Shown: positions 46,238 through 55,672 of the stretch, piece by piece
Position numbering within the stretch: the first letter of the stretch is position 1
Layout: every line of letters starts with the position of its first letter
Source: Andalucia godoyi And28
Lineage: Eukaryota > Protista > Jakobida
Assembly (NCBI GenBank): GCA_009859145.1
Contig: VRVR01000055.1
Coordinates: forward strand, 136,927 to 200,926
Length of the DNA stretch: 64,000 nucleotides
Reading direction: 5' to 3'
The notes under the pieces: model-generated
Told to the model about the DNA's origin: nothing
The model's input: only the letters and a program-made list of their open reading frames with translations
The model's database searches: none
Made by a program: the position numbers and the translations under genes

Positions 46238-46421
46238 TACACGTCGGTCTGCTTGTTCGTATCACAGAGCACCACGGTGGAAGCAATGCTATGTGCCATG
46301 TCGACGTGCGCACCAAGCAGCGTTCTCTATGTTCTGTTCGAAGATATCAACGCGTGGGAACGCCTCAAGAATGAAAGGCTGTCTATTCCGCAAATGTTGT
46401 CTTCAGAATGCGCTGAATGGG
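46238..46421 (+). repeat. 184-bp identical block, duplicate of 49050-49233
   Basis: Base-for-base identical from TACACGTCGG to GCTGAATGGG; the flanks on both sides are homologous but diverged. Confidence 0.9.
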
Positions 46422-47390
46422 GTGACGTGGGGATTGACGGTTGACAGGCCGCAACGATTTTTGTTCCTCGCAGAAAGAACAGGCGTATACGAGGGAGTGC
46501 TTCTCCTAGTGCCGTGGGATCCTCAAAGCTCATGTCGACAAATGGCAACATCAACTTGAACCTCTGTGGGTCGGACCTCTAGTGAACACCTGTTGTAAAT
46601 GAATTTTCCGCCACCACTTGAAGTGAAGGATGTCTCGCTCTGTTGCGAGCATTTTCCAAAGGGAAGATGGATCGATGGGGGATCTTCGAGGGTGCCCCTG
46701 GGTTTTTTTTCTCCCTTCCACTTCTCAAATTCGCATTTTCTCTCCCTTCCACTTTTTCCATCGTGGCGTTTTTTGTTTTGTTTTTCTTCTTTTTTCTTCT
46801 GCCTATTATTTTCGCCTGGGTTTCCCATTTTGCAGAATGCAGTCATTGTGACAATCGCACACAGCGCCGGCGTAGTGGCGCTTTCATGCGGAGCGAGTCG
46901 GTGGATGGTGAATCCGCGGGGGGCGCGGACTTCGCAGACTTTGGATGGAGAGAGACTGCGTAATTTGCAAACGATCGTCACACAACGGATGTGTGCGCCA
47001 AATCCCATGGCATCCAAAAACAACCGTGTGTGCGCGCCGTTCATAATGGGTGTGCCGAGCAGCATGTTGGAAACCTAGGTTACCGGCGTCACCATTTATG
47101 CAGAATTGTCTCAGTGCATCGCAAAGGTTTGTCAGCAGTCCTCTTCATTTGCGGTCGAGGTCCTCTAAATAATTCTGGAGGAATGGATCGGAGAATCTGA
47201 TTCCAGCTAGCATCAATCCTTGGTGCATGGAGCGCTGCGAGGTCTGCGAACCCTGAAATCCTTGAATAGGAGGAGGATTCTGTCTTCTGTGTCTCGTCCG
47301 TTCGTTTTCATTTTTTCTTTCTTTTTTCCCTCTTTCCTTTTCTTTGTTTTGGCTTTGACTCTTTATTCCGCTTCTTCACCTGCTTGCGCT

Positions 47391-49256
47391 ATGTCATCGT
47401 CTGCGGGCACGAAAGAGCGCATCAAGAAGACCATCTTGTGCTTGTCGGTTGACATAGAGAGCCCCCTGCTTCCCACCAGTGATGATTCCGTCACGTACGT
47501 AAATGTACTGGAAGAACGAACGTTCGAACATGATCAATCCTGTACACTCTGTTTGAGGGAAGCAATGGAAAGATGGACAGGTGTACTAGAAGACGTGATT
47601 TATAACTATCGACCACTTCAATCGAAAGAGCAAGGCTTGTCGAGCAACACTGCGGGGAATGAGGCGCAAGACGATCAGCATCCTCCAGAGCCGAAGAAAT
47701 ACAAAAGGCGGAATGACAGGCACAAACCTCTCGCTGATCGGATAGAAAAGAACCAAGATGGTACATGCGTGAGGACGGTGCGTGGGAAGTTCCCTTGTCG
47801 CAGTCCAATGTTCTTATTAGCATTGGTTGTGACGGTTCCTACCGAAACGGATATGTCATTTTTTCAATACCGTTTGGATCGTCCGCTTCCACTGGCCGTG
47901 CAATCACTGAACTGTAAGAAACGGTTTAAATCGATTAGGCCTCTGATCCGATTTTGCTCAAAACTTCTCGAAAACGATGGTCTCATCAGGCGGGGCCGTT
48001 TGACCAATCGAGAAGCCGTGGACAGCACCATGTGGCAGTATTTCATGAAAAACGAGAAGCATTTGCCGGATCTGCTGTTGCACTTCCAATTATCCGACCT
48101 CTATCCTGCACAGTATCCAAGGTGGCATTCGAGCAATGTGCAAGACTATATTATGACTCTGGGACTTGAAGCGCATTCATGTCAGCAGCGCTGTCTGGAA
48201 TGGGATGTGGCGCCGTGGTTTAGAGATTCTGCAGGGACGGAGGAAGCAGAAAGCGACGTGAAGGCGCGCCTTCTGGAGGAGAGGATCGGAACAGATATTG
48301 CAAAAACCTCCGGCATTGTGGTGGTCCCGATGGCCTCGACTATTCCGACTCTGCGTGCATTCTGTGATAAGATCCCCGCTGAGGCTGACAGCAGGCAGAC
48401 TACATGTGTGCTGCCAAATCAGGCGTCAAAATACGCAGTCCTGAGAGATCAGACGGATTCGAGGTTCTACGATCTGTCAGAGATGGTTTCGGCACTTGTC
48501 AGCAGCCGATCCGCTTTGAAGGCGCGCGTAATCGTTCCATTTCTTCATCTTTGGACACCGCGCATGCTTCGCATCCTGCTGGGCATCTTGGATGGACAGT
48601 CCCTTCTCATTCTCTTGGTGGACCCCGTGATGTACGACATGGCGACTCCTGGTAGGTGGCTCATCAGACATTTGTTAGGATTCCAACATGTGAGAGACTG
48701 TGTGTCGGAGCAGTATTGCAGCGACGATTCAATCGAATCTATCACGGTAGGCCATCCATGCCTTTCATGGATTCTAGGGGGACACTCGTTGCACACAAAG
48801 ATTGACCCACCGATAACTTCTGTAACCCATGGCAGAGGTGCGTGCAGTTACACTGCATTGTCTTCTGTGGAGCCTGCTACTCATATCCATCTAGACCCAC
48901 GTGCCTTGGAAACGATACCGGTTTTTGTGACCAACATCACAGAGGAGAAACCGATGCTCATGCGGTTGCTAACGCGACTGCCAACTGGCAGCCCATTTTC
49001 ATCTCCACGAATTGTGTGCATTGAGGCGGGACGACATACCCCTGCAGTCTACACGTCGGTCTGCTTGTTCGTATCACAGAGCACCACGGTGGAAGCAATG
49101 CTATGTGCCATGTCGACGTGCGCACCAAGCAGCGTTCTCTATGTTCTGTTCGAAGATATCAACGCGTGGGAACGCCTCAAGAATGAAAGGCTGTCTATTC
49201 CGCAAATGTTGTCTTCAGAATGCGCTGAATGGGATGACGTGGGAATTGGGCATTGA
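47391..49256 (+). CDS. hypothetical protein with degenerate RecD/SF1B-helicase-like C-terminal half
   Basis: Intact 621-aa ORF. RMLRILLGILDGQSLLILLVDP...PGRWLIRHLL resembles the RecD region around motif III, and VEAMLCAMSTCAPSSVLYV resembles motif VI. No intact Walker A or B. Confidence 0.4.
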   Translation: MSSSAGTKERIKKTILCLSVDIESPLLPTSDDSVTYVNVLEERTFEHDQSCTLCLREAMERWTGVLEDVIYNYRPLQSKEQGLSSNTAGNEAQDDQHPPEPKKYKRRNDRHKPLADRIEKNQDGTCVRTVRGKFPCRSPMFLLALVVTVPTETDMSFFQYRLDRPLPLAVQSLNCKKRFKSIRPLIRFCSKLLENDGLIRRGRLTNREAVDSTMWQYFMKNEKHLPDLLLHFQLSDLYPAQYPRWHSSNVQDYIMTLGLEAHSCQQRCLEWDVAPWFRDSAGTEEAESDVKARLLEERIGTDIAKTSGIVVVPMASTIPTLRAFCDKIPAEADSRQTTCVLPNQASKYAVLRDQTDSRFYDLSEMVSALVSSRSALKARVIVPFLHLWTPRMLRILLGILDGQSLLILLVDPVMYDMATPGRWLIRHLLGFQHVRDCVSEQYCSDDSIESITVGHPCLSWILGGHSLHTKIDPPITSVTHGRGACSYTALSSVEPATHIHLDPRALETIPVFVTNITEEKPMLMRLLTRLPTGSPFSSPRIVCIEAGRHTPAVYTSVCLFVSQSTTVEAMLCAMSTCAPSSVLYVLFEDINAWERLKNERLSIPQMLSSECAEWDDVGIGH

Positions 49257-50874
49257 CAGACCCCAACAATGCTTCAGAGAACAAGCAATAAAACAATTTT
49301 GCGAATTTCAAAGCATATTCTCGGCAAACGAAAAAGCCAACTGGATGGATTTTGCAGTCGAACTGGTTGAACGAGAGTCCCAGACGGGCGGGCAGACGGG
49401 CTTTCAGACCCTCCTGTTGTAACATGTTTTTTCCGCCACAACCTCAAGTGAGATTGCTTGAGTCCCTCGCGGGGCATTTCTCAAAGGAAAATCGAGCCCA
49501 AGTTGTCTTGTCGAAGAAAGACCCAAATTTTTTTCATCCTGTTTTTTCCCTATGCATTTCTGACTACGGCGTTTTCTTTCTTTTTCTTCTTTCTTCTTCC
49601 TTTTCTGCATTTGTTAAGACTAAGTTTATTTCACGGAGTACTCCTGGGCCGCGCGTTATCTTTTGGCTTTTCCGTTTCATTTGAGTTCCGGTATTGCAGA
49701 ACGCTCTCATTGAGGCGGTAGCGCGCCGCGCCAACAGAATGACACTCTCGTGTGGAGAAAGTCAGTGAATGATGAACCCACGAGCGCGATTTCCGCGTAT
49801 TTTAGGACACAGAAAGATTAAGTGAGTTGCAAAAGGACTGCCACAACGGAAGTGTGCATCGACCCCGTGGACGCTGCTCAAGAAGGACGCACGGAGAGGT
49901 TCGCTGAACGCCGAGCTTTCCAACGTCACTATTCGTGCAAGAACATCTCGTTGCATTGCGGGGGCCAACACAGTCGATGTGAAGTATTGCACCGATACAG
50001 CATAATAAGAGACATGCTTCGCATTCGGTCGCTTCCAGAGCATGATGCATCATCTTTTTTGTATAATGTGTCTTTTGCCTTTACGGGAGTGGATTCGTCA
50101 TCGAGCGCGTGGCTCCTCTCCAATTTACAGACGACAAGGCTCGTTGAGTCCTTCTTCTTGCTAAAGATAAAGCCCTGAAGCTCGCGCAACAGCTGGTTCA
50201 TCAGCACACGGGTGTTTGGGCTGCTTCCACCGGATGTGGATACAGCACCGAGGATGACACGAAGTACAGCCTTGCATCAGTCGGCTTTCTGGACACGGCT
50301 TCTACGAGGTGCGAGATTGCGCGAAGACAGCAAAAAAGGCGGGCTCATTCTCGATCCCGGCAGAAGGTGTTGGATAGCATCAATTGACGCAGGTTCCGAT
50401 CATGCCCAGCCTGCGCATTCTTCTTGGGGGGTTTCTCGCTGCATCATGAAAGCTGCTTCTCTTACTTATTTATTTTTTTAACAGAGTTGCGCTTCGCCCC
50501 CCGAAGACTTTCCCTTGGTGTCTTCCTCGTTTCGGGGACATGTTCCAGCAGCCAAGCATGCAGCCCACGCCCACCTCCCACTTCCGCTTCCGCTTCCACT
50601 CCCGCTCCCGTACTCACACCCACATCCAGTGCGCCTCCTTTCGAGTAGAATTCCCTGGGAACGCTAGTATAGGCAATGCTTCAACAGGCGCAGTCAGTCC
50701 AGCCAGTCCAGCAATCCCACGAGCAGCCATCTCCAGCACAGCCCCGTGCACGTCATCAACAAGTTGCTCCGCAGCTCGTACTAAGCCATCCTGTCGATGG
50801 ATTCCGCACATCGGTGGATGTGAGTTTGCCGTGAACAATGCTGTGAGCGGGCCCGTTCGCTGCTGCGGTTCGGA

Positions 50875-52043
50875 ATGCCAGCTGTCGACCCGGTGAAAAC
50901 GATATTGAAGTCATTCTGTCGTGTCTGGCTCGCTACTGCATCACATTGGACGGCCGTGTCTCTGTGGAAATGCACATTTGTGAACAGTCGAATGGTGATG
51001 CAGCGTCGTCTTGACCACTGTCGCTACCGTCGCAGTCCATGGCGCTTCCATTCGGTACCATGCTCCTTTTCCGCGAAGGGGACGAGATGGATTTCGCAGT
51101 GCCGGGATGCCATTCGCCTGTTTGTTCGCCAAGAGTACGGGAGACTCATTCGCGTTTTGTTTGCTGCGCTACAGGCGATTGCAGAACTTCGGCACTCGAC
51201 GGAATTTCGGCAGATCATGTACAACCCACCCACAGCGGTGGAATCGTCGGCGGGGCACGTCGGGCCAGTTGAAGTCTGTGTTCGCATCAACGGAGCGGCA
51301 AGTGCAGTGCTCAGCACAATTGTGGTCACGGCACAACAAGACAAGTCGTCGTTGAGCTGTTCGGCTCCTGTCCCGCACACTGTGTCTGCGGACGTCGCGG
51401 CACGATGAACAGAACAAACATGCACAATCTCGTCACCCTCCGCTCCGCCCGCGCCAGTCCATCCGGTGCATGCCAACCGTGACAACGATGTCGGTGTAGA
51501 GTCTGCTGCAAGCCATGCAGAAGCAGGCTCTCGCGGCCGCCCAAAGAAGCAGAACAATCCTGTAGATGAAGTCTTGACGAACCGCGGTGCCAGGAACGCT
51601 GCAGCGTCCCCTGCAACGAAAGACGCGTCTCTTCCTGAGGATGAACCACCCACGAAGAACAAGAAGAACAAACGCGCAACCGATCCCGACGCTCGTCCTT
51701 GCTTGCCGCAGACAGCAATCGTGTGCAGACGACCGCAAACGATTCCGACTCGGAAGATGTGGAAAGGATCAAGGCGCTTCTTCACGAATATGCAAAGTCG
51801 GCGGATGATATCGCATTGTCCGAGTTTTGGCAGTCGTGCACTGCAAAGCATCCGCGCCTTCTGGCGACTCAGCCGCGCGTGCTTGCGCAATGGATGAAAA
51901 ACATGGGCTGGGTAGTGAAAGCTCTGCATCATGGGAGAAAGACACGTCCATGCTGGATCTCTCCTGAGCATCCAGAATACCCGTCTCAAAATGCAGAGGA
52001 TGCTGATGCGGGCGGTGTACAAACAGAAGAAGACCAATCATAG
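50875..52043 (+). pseudogene. interrupted hypothetical gene with low-complexity linker and compact C-terminal domain (possibly winged helix)
   Basis: ORFs 50875-51408 and 51466-51897 share a frame, separated by one TGA. ORF 51699-52043 (IALSEFWQSC..VLAQWMKNMGW..KTRPCW) follows after a frameshift. Confidence 0.3.
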
Positions 52044-52405
52044 AGCGTGTGTGGCTGCTGTCTGTGTGCGGGACGCCTGTGGACCGGTTTGGAGTTTTGT
52101 GCGAGCATGCTCTCCAGAGTAGTGCAGATTGCCAGCCCTCTCGCAAGCAAGACAGAATCGAATGGGCAGGCTCCTCTTTGCATCATTTGATGTCTGCCCG
52201 CGGAATGGCGTGACGCTAGACGATTGTTCAAAAAGGGAAACCCCGGCTGTCTCGCAAGCACACCACACAGCGTTCGGCAATCTCGTTCCCGACTGCCGTT
52301 TCTTTTTTGTGGGCGGTGTGATCGGAGCCGGCATCACATGGGACGCGTTGGCGAGGATCTGCCTCCACGAAGCACAGATCGTGTTGTTTCGAAGGTTGTG
52401 TTGTC

Positions 52406-53035
52406 GTGACGCTTCCTCCGAGAGAGCGCTCGCGCGACATGGCGACGATGCGCAGCGCTACTCTGATGAGTAGTTGGACACAGCGTGCCTCGTCGTATGT
52501 TGTCGAGGCAGCGCACGTCCTCGGCCGCCGCTTTTCGCACACATCCAAAAAGTATGTGCGCAACCTGCCCCCTCGCAACTATCTCCAAATCCGTGACGTC
52601 GAAACCGTGTATGCCGTCGCGGCGTTCGAGGGTTCGCCTAACCTTGGGGTATTCTCCGTGGACATCACGGGCGGCACTGCATGGGCCACTCAGATGTTCG
52701 TCATGCGGCACATCCGCGACGACGGGCAGCAGCCAAGGAGCCTTCCGCTCTACCTGTTTGAGCAGGGAATGCACAATCATTGGTTCCAGGGAGAAATCAT
52801 CAAAGTCTGCAAAATGATGAGTGATCAGTTGTCCATCGGCAAACCAGATATCATCAAAGAGATATTTATATGGCGTCCAATCGATGCCGCCGCCGTCCCG
52901 GTCCCGTCCAAAGCATACGCCGGTATTGGGTCAAGAGAACTCAGACCCGAGGCAATCAAGGCGATGAAAGACCTGTTTGCAAGAATTGGCGATTTCGAAA
53001 AACAGGTAGTCACAAAACACCTTTCGTTGCAATAA
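52406..53035 (+). CDS. hypothetical protein (209 aa)
   Basis: Intact ORF with GC-rich third positions, ending in TAA TAA TAA immediately before the left inverted-repeat arm. Confidence 0.65.
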   Translation: MTLPPRERSRDMATMRSATLMSSWTQRASSYVVEAAHVLGRRFSHTSKKYVRNLPPRNYLQIRDVETVYAVAAFEGSPNLGVFSVDITGGTAWATQMFVMRHIRDDGQQPRSLPLYLFEQGMHNHWFQGEIIKVCKMMSDQLSIGKPDIIKEIFIWRPIDAAAVPVPSKAYAGIGSRELRPEAIKAMKDLFARIGDFEKQVVTKHLSLQ

Positions 53036-53050
53036 TAATAAAATTAAAAT

Positions 53051-53631
53051 AAAATAAAAAATCAGAACGACTGTAAAAAACAAATAGGGAAGGGGGCCGG
53101 GAAAGAGGCGACGGACGAAAAAATTTTTAATTGGGAAAATGGAAAAAGTGCGGGCTCAGACATCGCCGGATCTTTTTTTTAATTAGTAGAAATCGGAAAA
53201 TGGGAAATTTGGACCCCTCCCGGAAAGCTGTGAGCCCGCTGAGCCCGTGAGCCCGCTGAGCCCGCAGCTTTTTTTTTCTCCTGGCTGTGACAGCCAGTGA
53301 TTGGGCCTGTACTAGGAAACAGGGGTCTGGTCCCACCGTCCTGGTCACACGTACGGGCGGATGGCGTGCTCGCACACCACCCCTGGTGGTGGCACACCCA
53401 TCATTCTTGCACGGGGAGAGTGGCTCCGGCGCGAGCTGGAGCAGCCTCCACCATCGGAAGAGATTCCCATCAATTGTCTTGTTAAAGATGGATGGTAGCT
53501 ATATTGGGAACATCCGTTCCGAATCTAGCTGACATGCAGGCAAGGATTGACTAAATGAGAGATGCATCTCAATTGGGAAGCAGCCACGCCCTAGGCTTTG
53601 CCTCTATTTCATGTCATCCACTCCTTCCTAA
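53051..53631 (+). repeat. left arm of 580-bp near-perfect inverted repeat
   Basis: Reverse complement of 54972-55551; the only difference I found is T9 versus A8 in a homopolymer. Confidence 0.95.
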
Positions 53632-53785
53632 TAAAGGAGTCAATGGACAGAAAGATCACATAGTCGATCGATGGCGACCATTCAATAAAAACGACTCATG
53701 TATTTATTAGATAACTGTCTCTTGATGCAATCAAAGAGAACAAATAAATAGATACGCTGCATCCATGTCGAACACTTATTAAAAG

Positions 53786-54031
53786 CAGGGGGACGCTGGT
53801 TATTAATCGGTTAACAACCGGTTAATAACCTTATACAAGCAAACCCTAGAAAGGAAGATCATCCAGCGTCAACTTATCAAGACTTTTACTTCTTGATATC
53901 TCATGAAGGTATTTTTCATATGTGTTTGTTCAGCCGTAGTGTAACCATTTTTAACCACCAACCGAGGAGAGTTGGATATTGGTTATTGATTATTAGGTTA
54001 ATCGGTTGAGCGGTTAACCAGCGTCTCCCTG
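53786..54031. mobile_element. hAT-type MITE (246 bp)
   Basis: 17-bp TIRs CAGGGGGACGCTGGTTA / CAGGGAGACGCTGGTTA and 8-bp flanks ATTAAAAG / ATTAAAAA (7/8 TSD). An 8-bp TSD with CAGGG termini is typical of hAT. Confidence 0.85.
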
Positions 54032-54846
54032 ATTAAAAATACAGGATGCAATGAACGCTGTAACAGAGTCTCTCCCAAACATCTGTTTATATATGTCAGT
54101 GCATGTTGTTCCAAGATCTTTGCACGGATTGGCGCAGACATCAAAAATCTCCATTGCGGTGTCACTACGGACCAACGTACTTACAACCTTCCCCATTTTT
54201 CACGATCATCAACTTCCCTATCGATAGCATAATATCGATCAGTGATTAGAAACTGCAATTTGATAGAAGCATGATGCGCACATGTCATGCAAGAACCGCG
54301 AATCGCTTTGTCGACACCTTAACAGATGTGTAACATGCGGTACTCCTTGTAATCCGGAAGCCTGTTTTAGCCAGTTCATTGGTGTTCACAGAACAGAAAC
54401 AGGAACAGAAACAAGACGGAGACGGAAACTCTAGTAGGGCTGCAATAATGATCACATCCATATCGACGTACAAGGACGCAAAATGGTTTATGATCAGATG
54501 CTGTGTCGAACGTGTACAGTCTAGTACAGGTATTGTTTGGAGGAGGGAATGGATATGTGACATGCGTGTTGTAGTGTTTGTTAATGTCCATCGATATCTC
54601 AACACCTACATCATGTAACGCTCATCTGGAAAGAAACAATGGAGAGGAAGAATCACTGTATCACGCATTGGTTCGCATAATCACGATGTTAAAGTTGGTG
54701 AATGTAATATATTACAGTGCGAAATATCTAGATGATACGCACCAGATACTGGATAAAGATTGACCATTTCAATATTTGTAAATAACTTGCATTAATTGGA
54801 TTGTGTTGAAATATCATAGATATAATAAATAAGGAGGTATTTAGAT

Positions 54847-54941
54847 CAGATAGACGCTGTTTAACCGGTCAACCGATTAACCTAATAATCAATAACCAAT
54901 AACCAATTCTCTTTGGTTAGTGATCAACCAACGTCTCTCTG
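54847..54941. mobile_element. hAT-type MITE, shorter copy of the same family (95 bp)
   Basis: Ends CAGATAGACGCTG / (rc) CAGAGAGACGTTG; flanks ATTTAGAT / ATCTAGAT (7/8 TSD). About 70 bp matches the reverse complement of 53960-54031. Confidence 0.8.
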
Positions 54942-54971
54942 ATCTAGATTGTATGTTGTATTAAATTTCCT

Positions 54972-55551
54972 TTAGGAAGGAGTGGATGACATGAAATAGA
55001 GGCAAAGCCTAGGGCGTGGCTGCTTCCCAATTGAGATGCATCTCTCATTTAGTCAATCCTTGCCTGCATGTCAGCTAGATTCGGAACGGATGTTCCCAAT
55101 ATAGCTACCATCCATCTTTAACAAGACAATTGATGGGAATCTCTTCCGATGGTGGAGGCTGCTCCAGCTCGCGCCGGAGCCACTCTCCCCGTGCAAGAAT
55201 GATGGGTGTGCCACCACCAGGGGTGGTGTGCGAGCACGCCATCCGCCCGTACGTGTGACCAGGACGGTGGGACCAGACCCCTGTTTCCTAGTACAGGCCC
55301 AATCACTGGCTGTCACAGCCAGGAGAAAAAAAAGCTGCGGGCTCAGCGGGCTCACGGGCTCAGCGGGCTCACAGCTTTCCGGGAGGGGTCCAAATTTCCC
55401 ATTTTCCGATTTCTACTAATTAAAAAAAAGATCCGGCGATGTCTGAGCCCGCACTTTTTCCATTTTCCCAATTAAAAATTTTTTCGTCCGTCGCCTCTTT
55501 CCCGGCCCCCTTCCCTATTTGTTTTTTACAGTCGTTCTGATTTTTTATTTT
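54972..55551 (-). repeat. right arm of 580-bp near-perfect inverted repeat
   Basis: See 53051-53631. Confidence 0.95.
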
Positions 55552-55672
55552 TTCTTCCCTAATCATTTTACATCATGGAGCAACATCCATCCGATGGTGC
55601 TTCGATTACAAATGAGCTTGAGTGGAACCCGAGCTTGCGCAATACGTAGGCCCACGTGTAAAGATCTGTTGG

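Noticed and set aside
46830-47045. PHD-finger-like reading (CSHC...CVICKRSSHNGC)
   Set aside because: It needs frame switching, and the paralogous segment near 49830-49860 preserves a different frame (CKRTATTEVC), so the His/Cys pattern is probably accidental.
51024-52037. Long antisense ORFs such as 51024-52037 (-), 15031-15996 (-), 12747-13586 (-) and 43835-44596 (+)
   Set aside because: They are shadows of GC3-rich genes on the opposite strand and carry no motifs.
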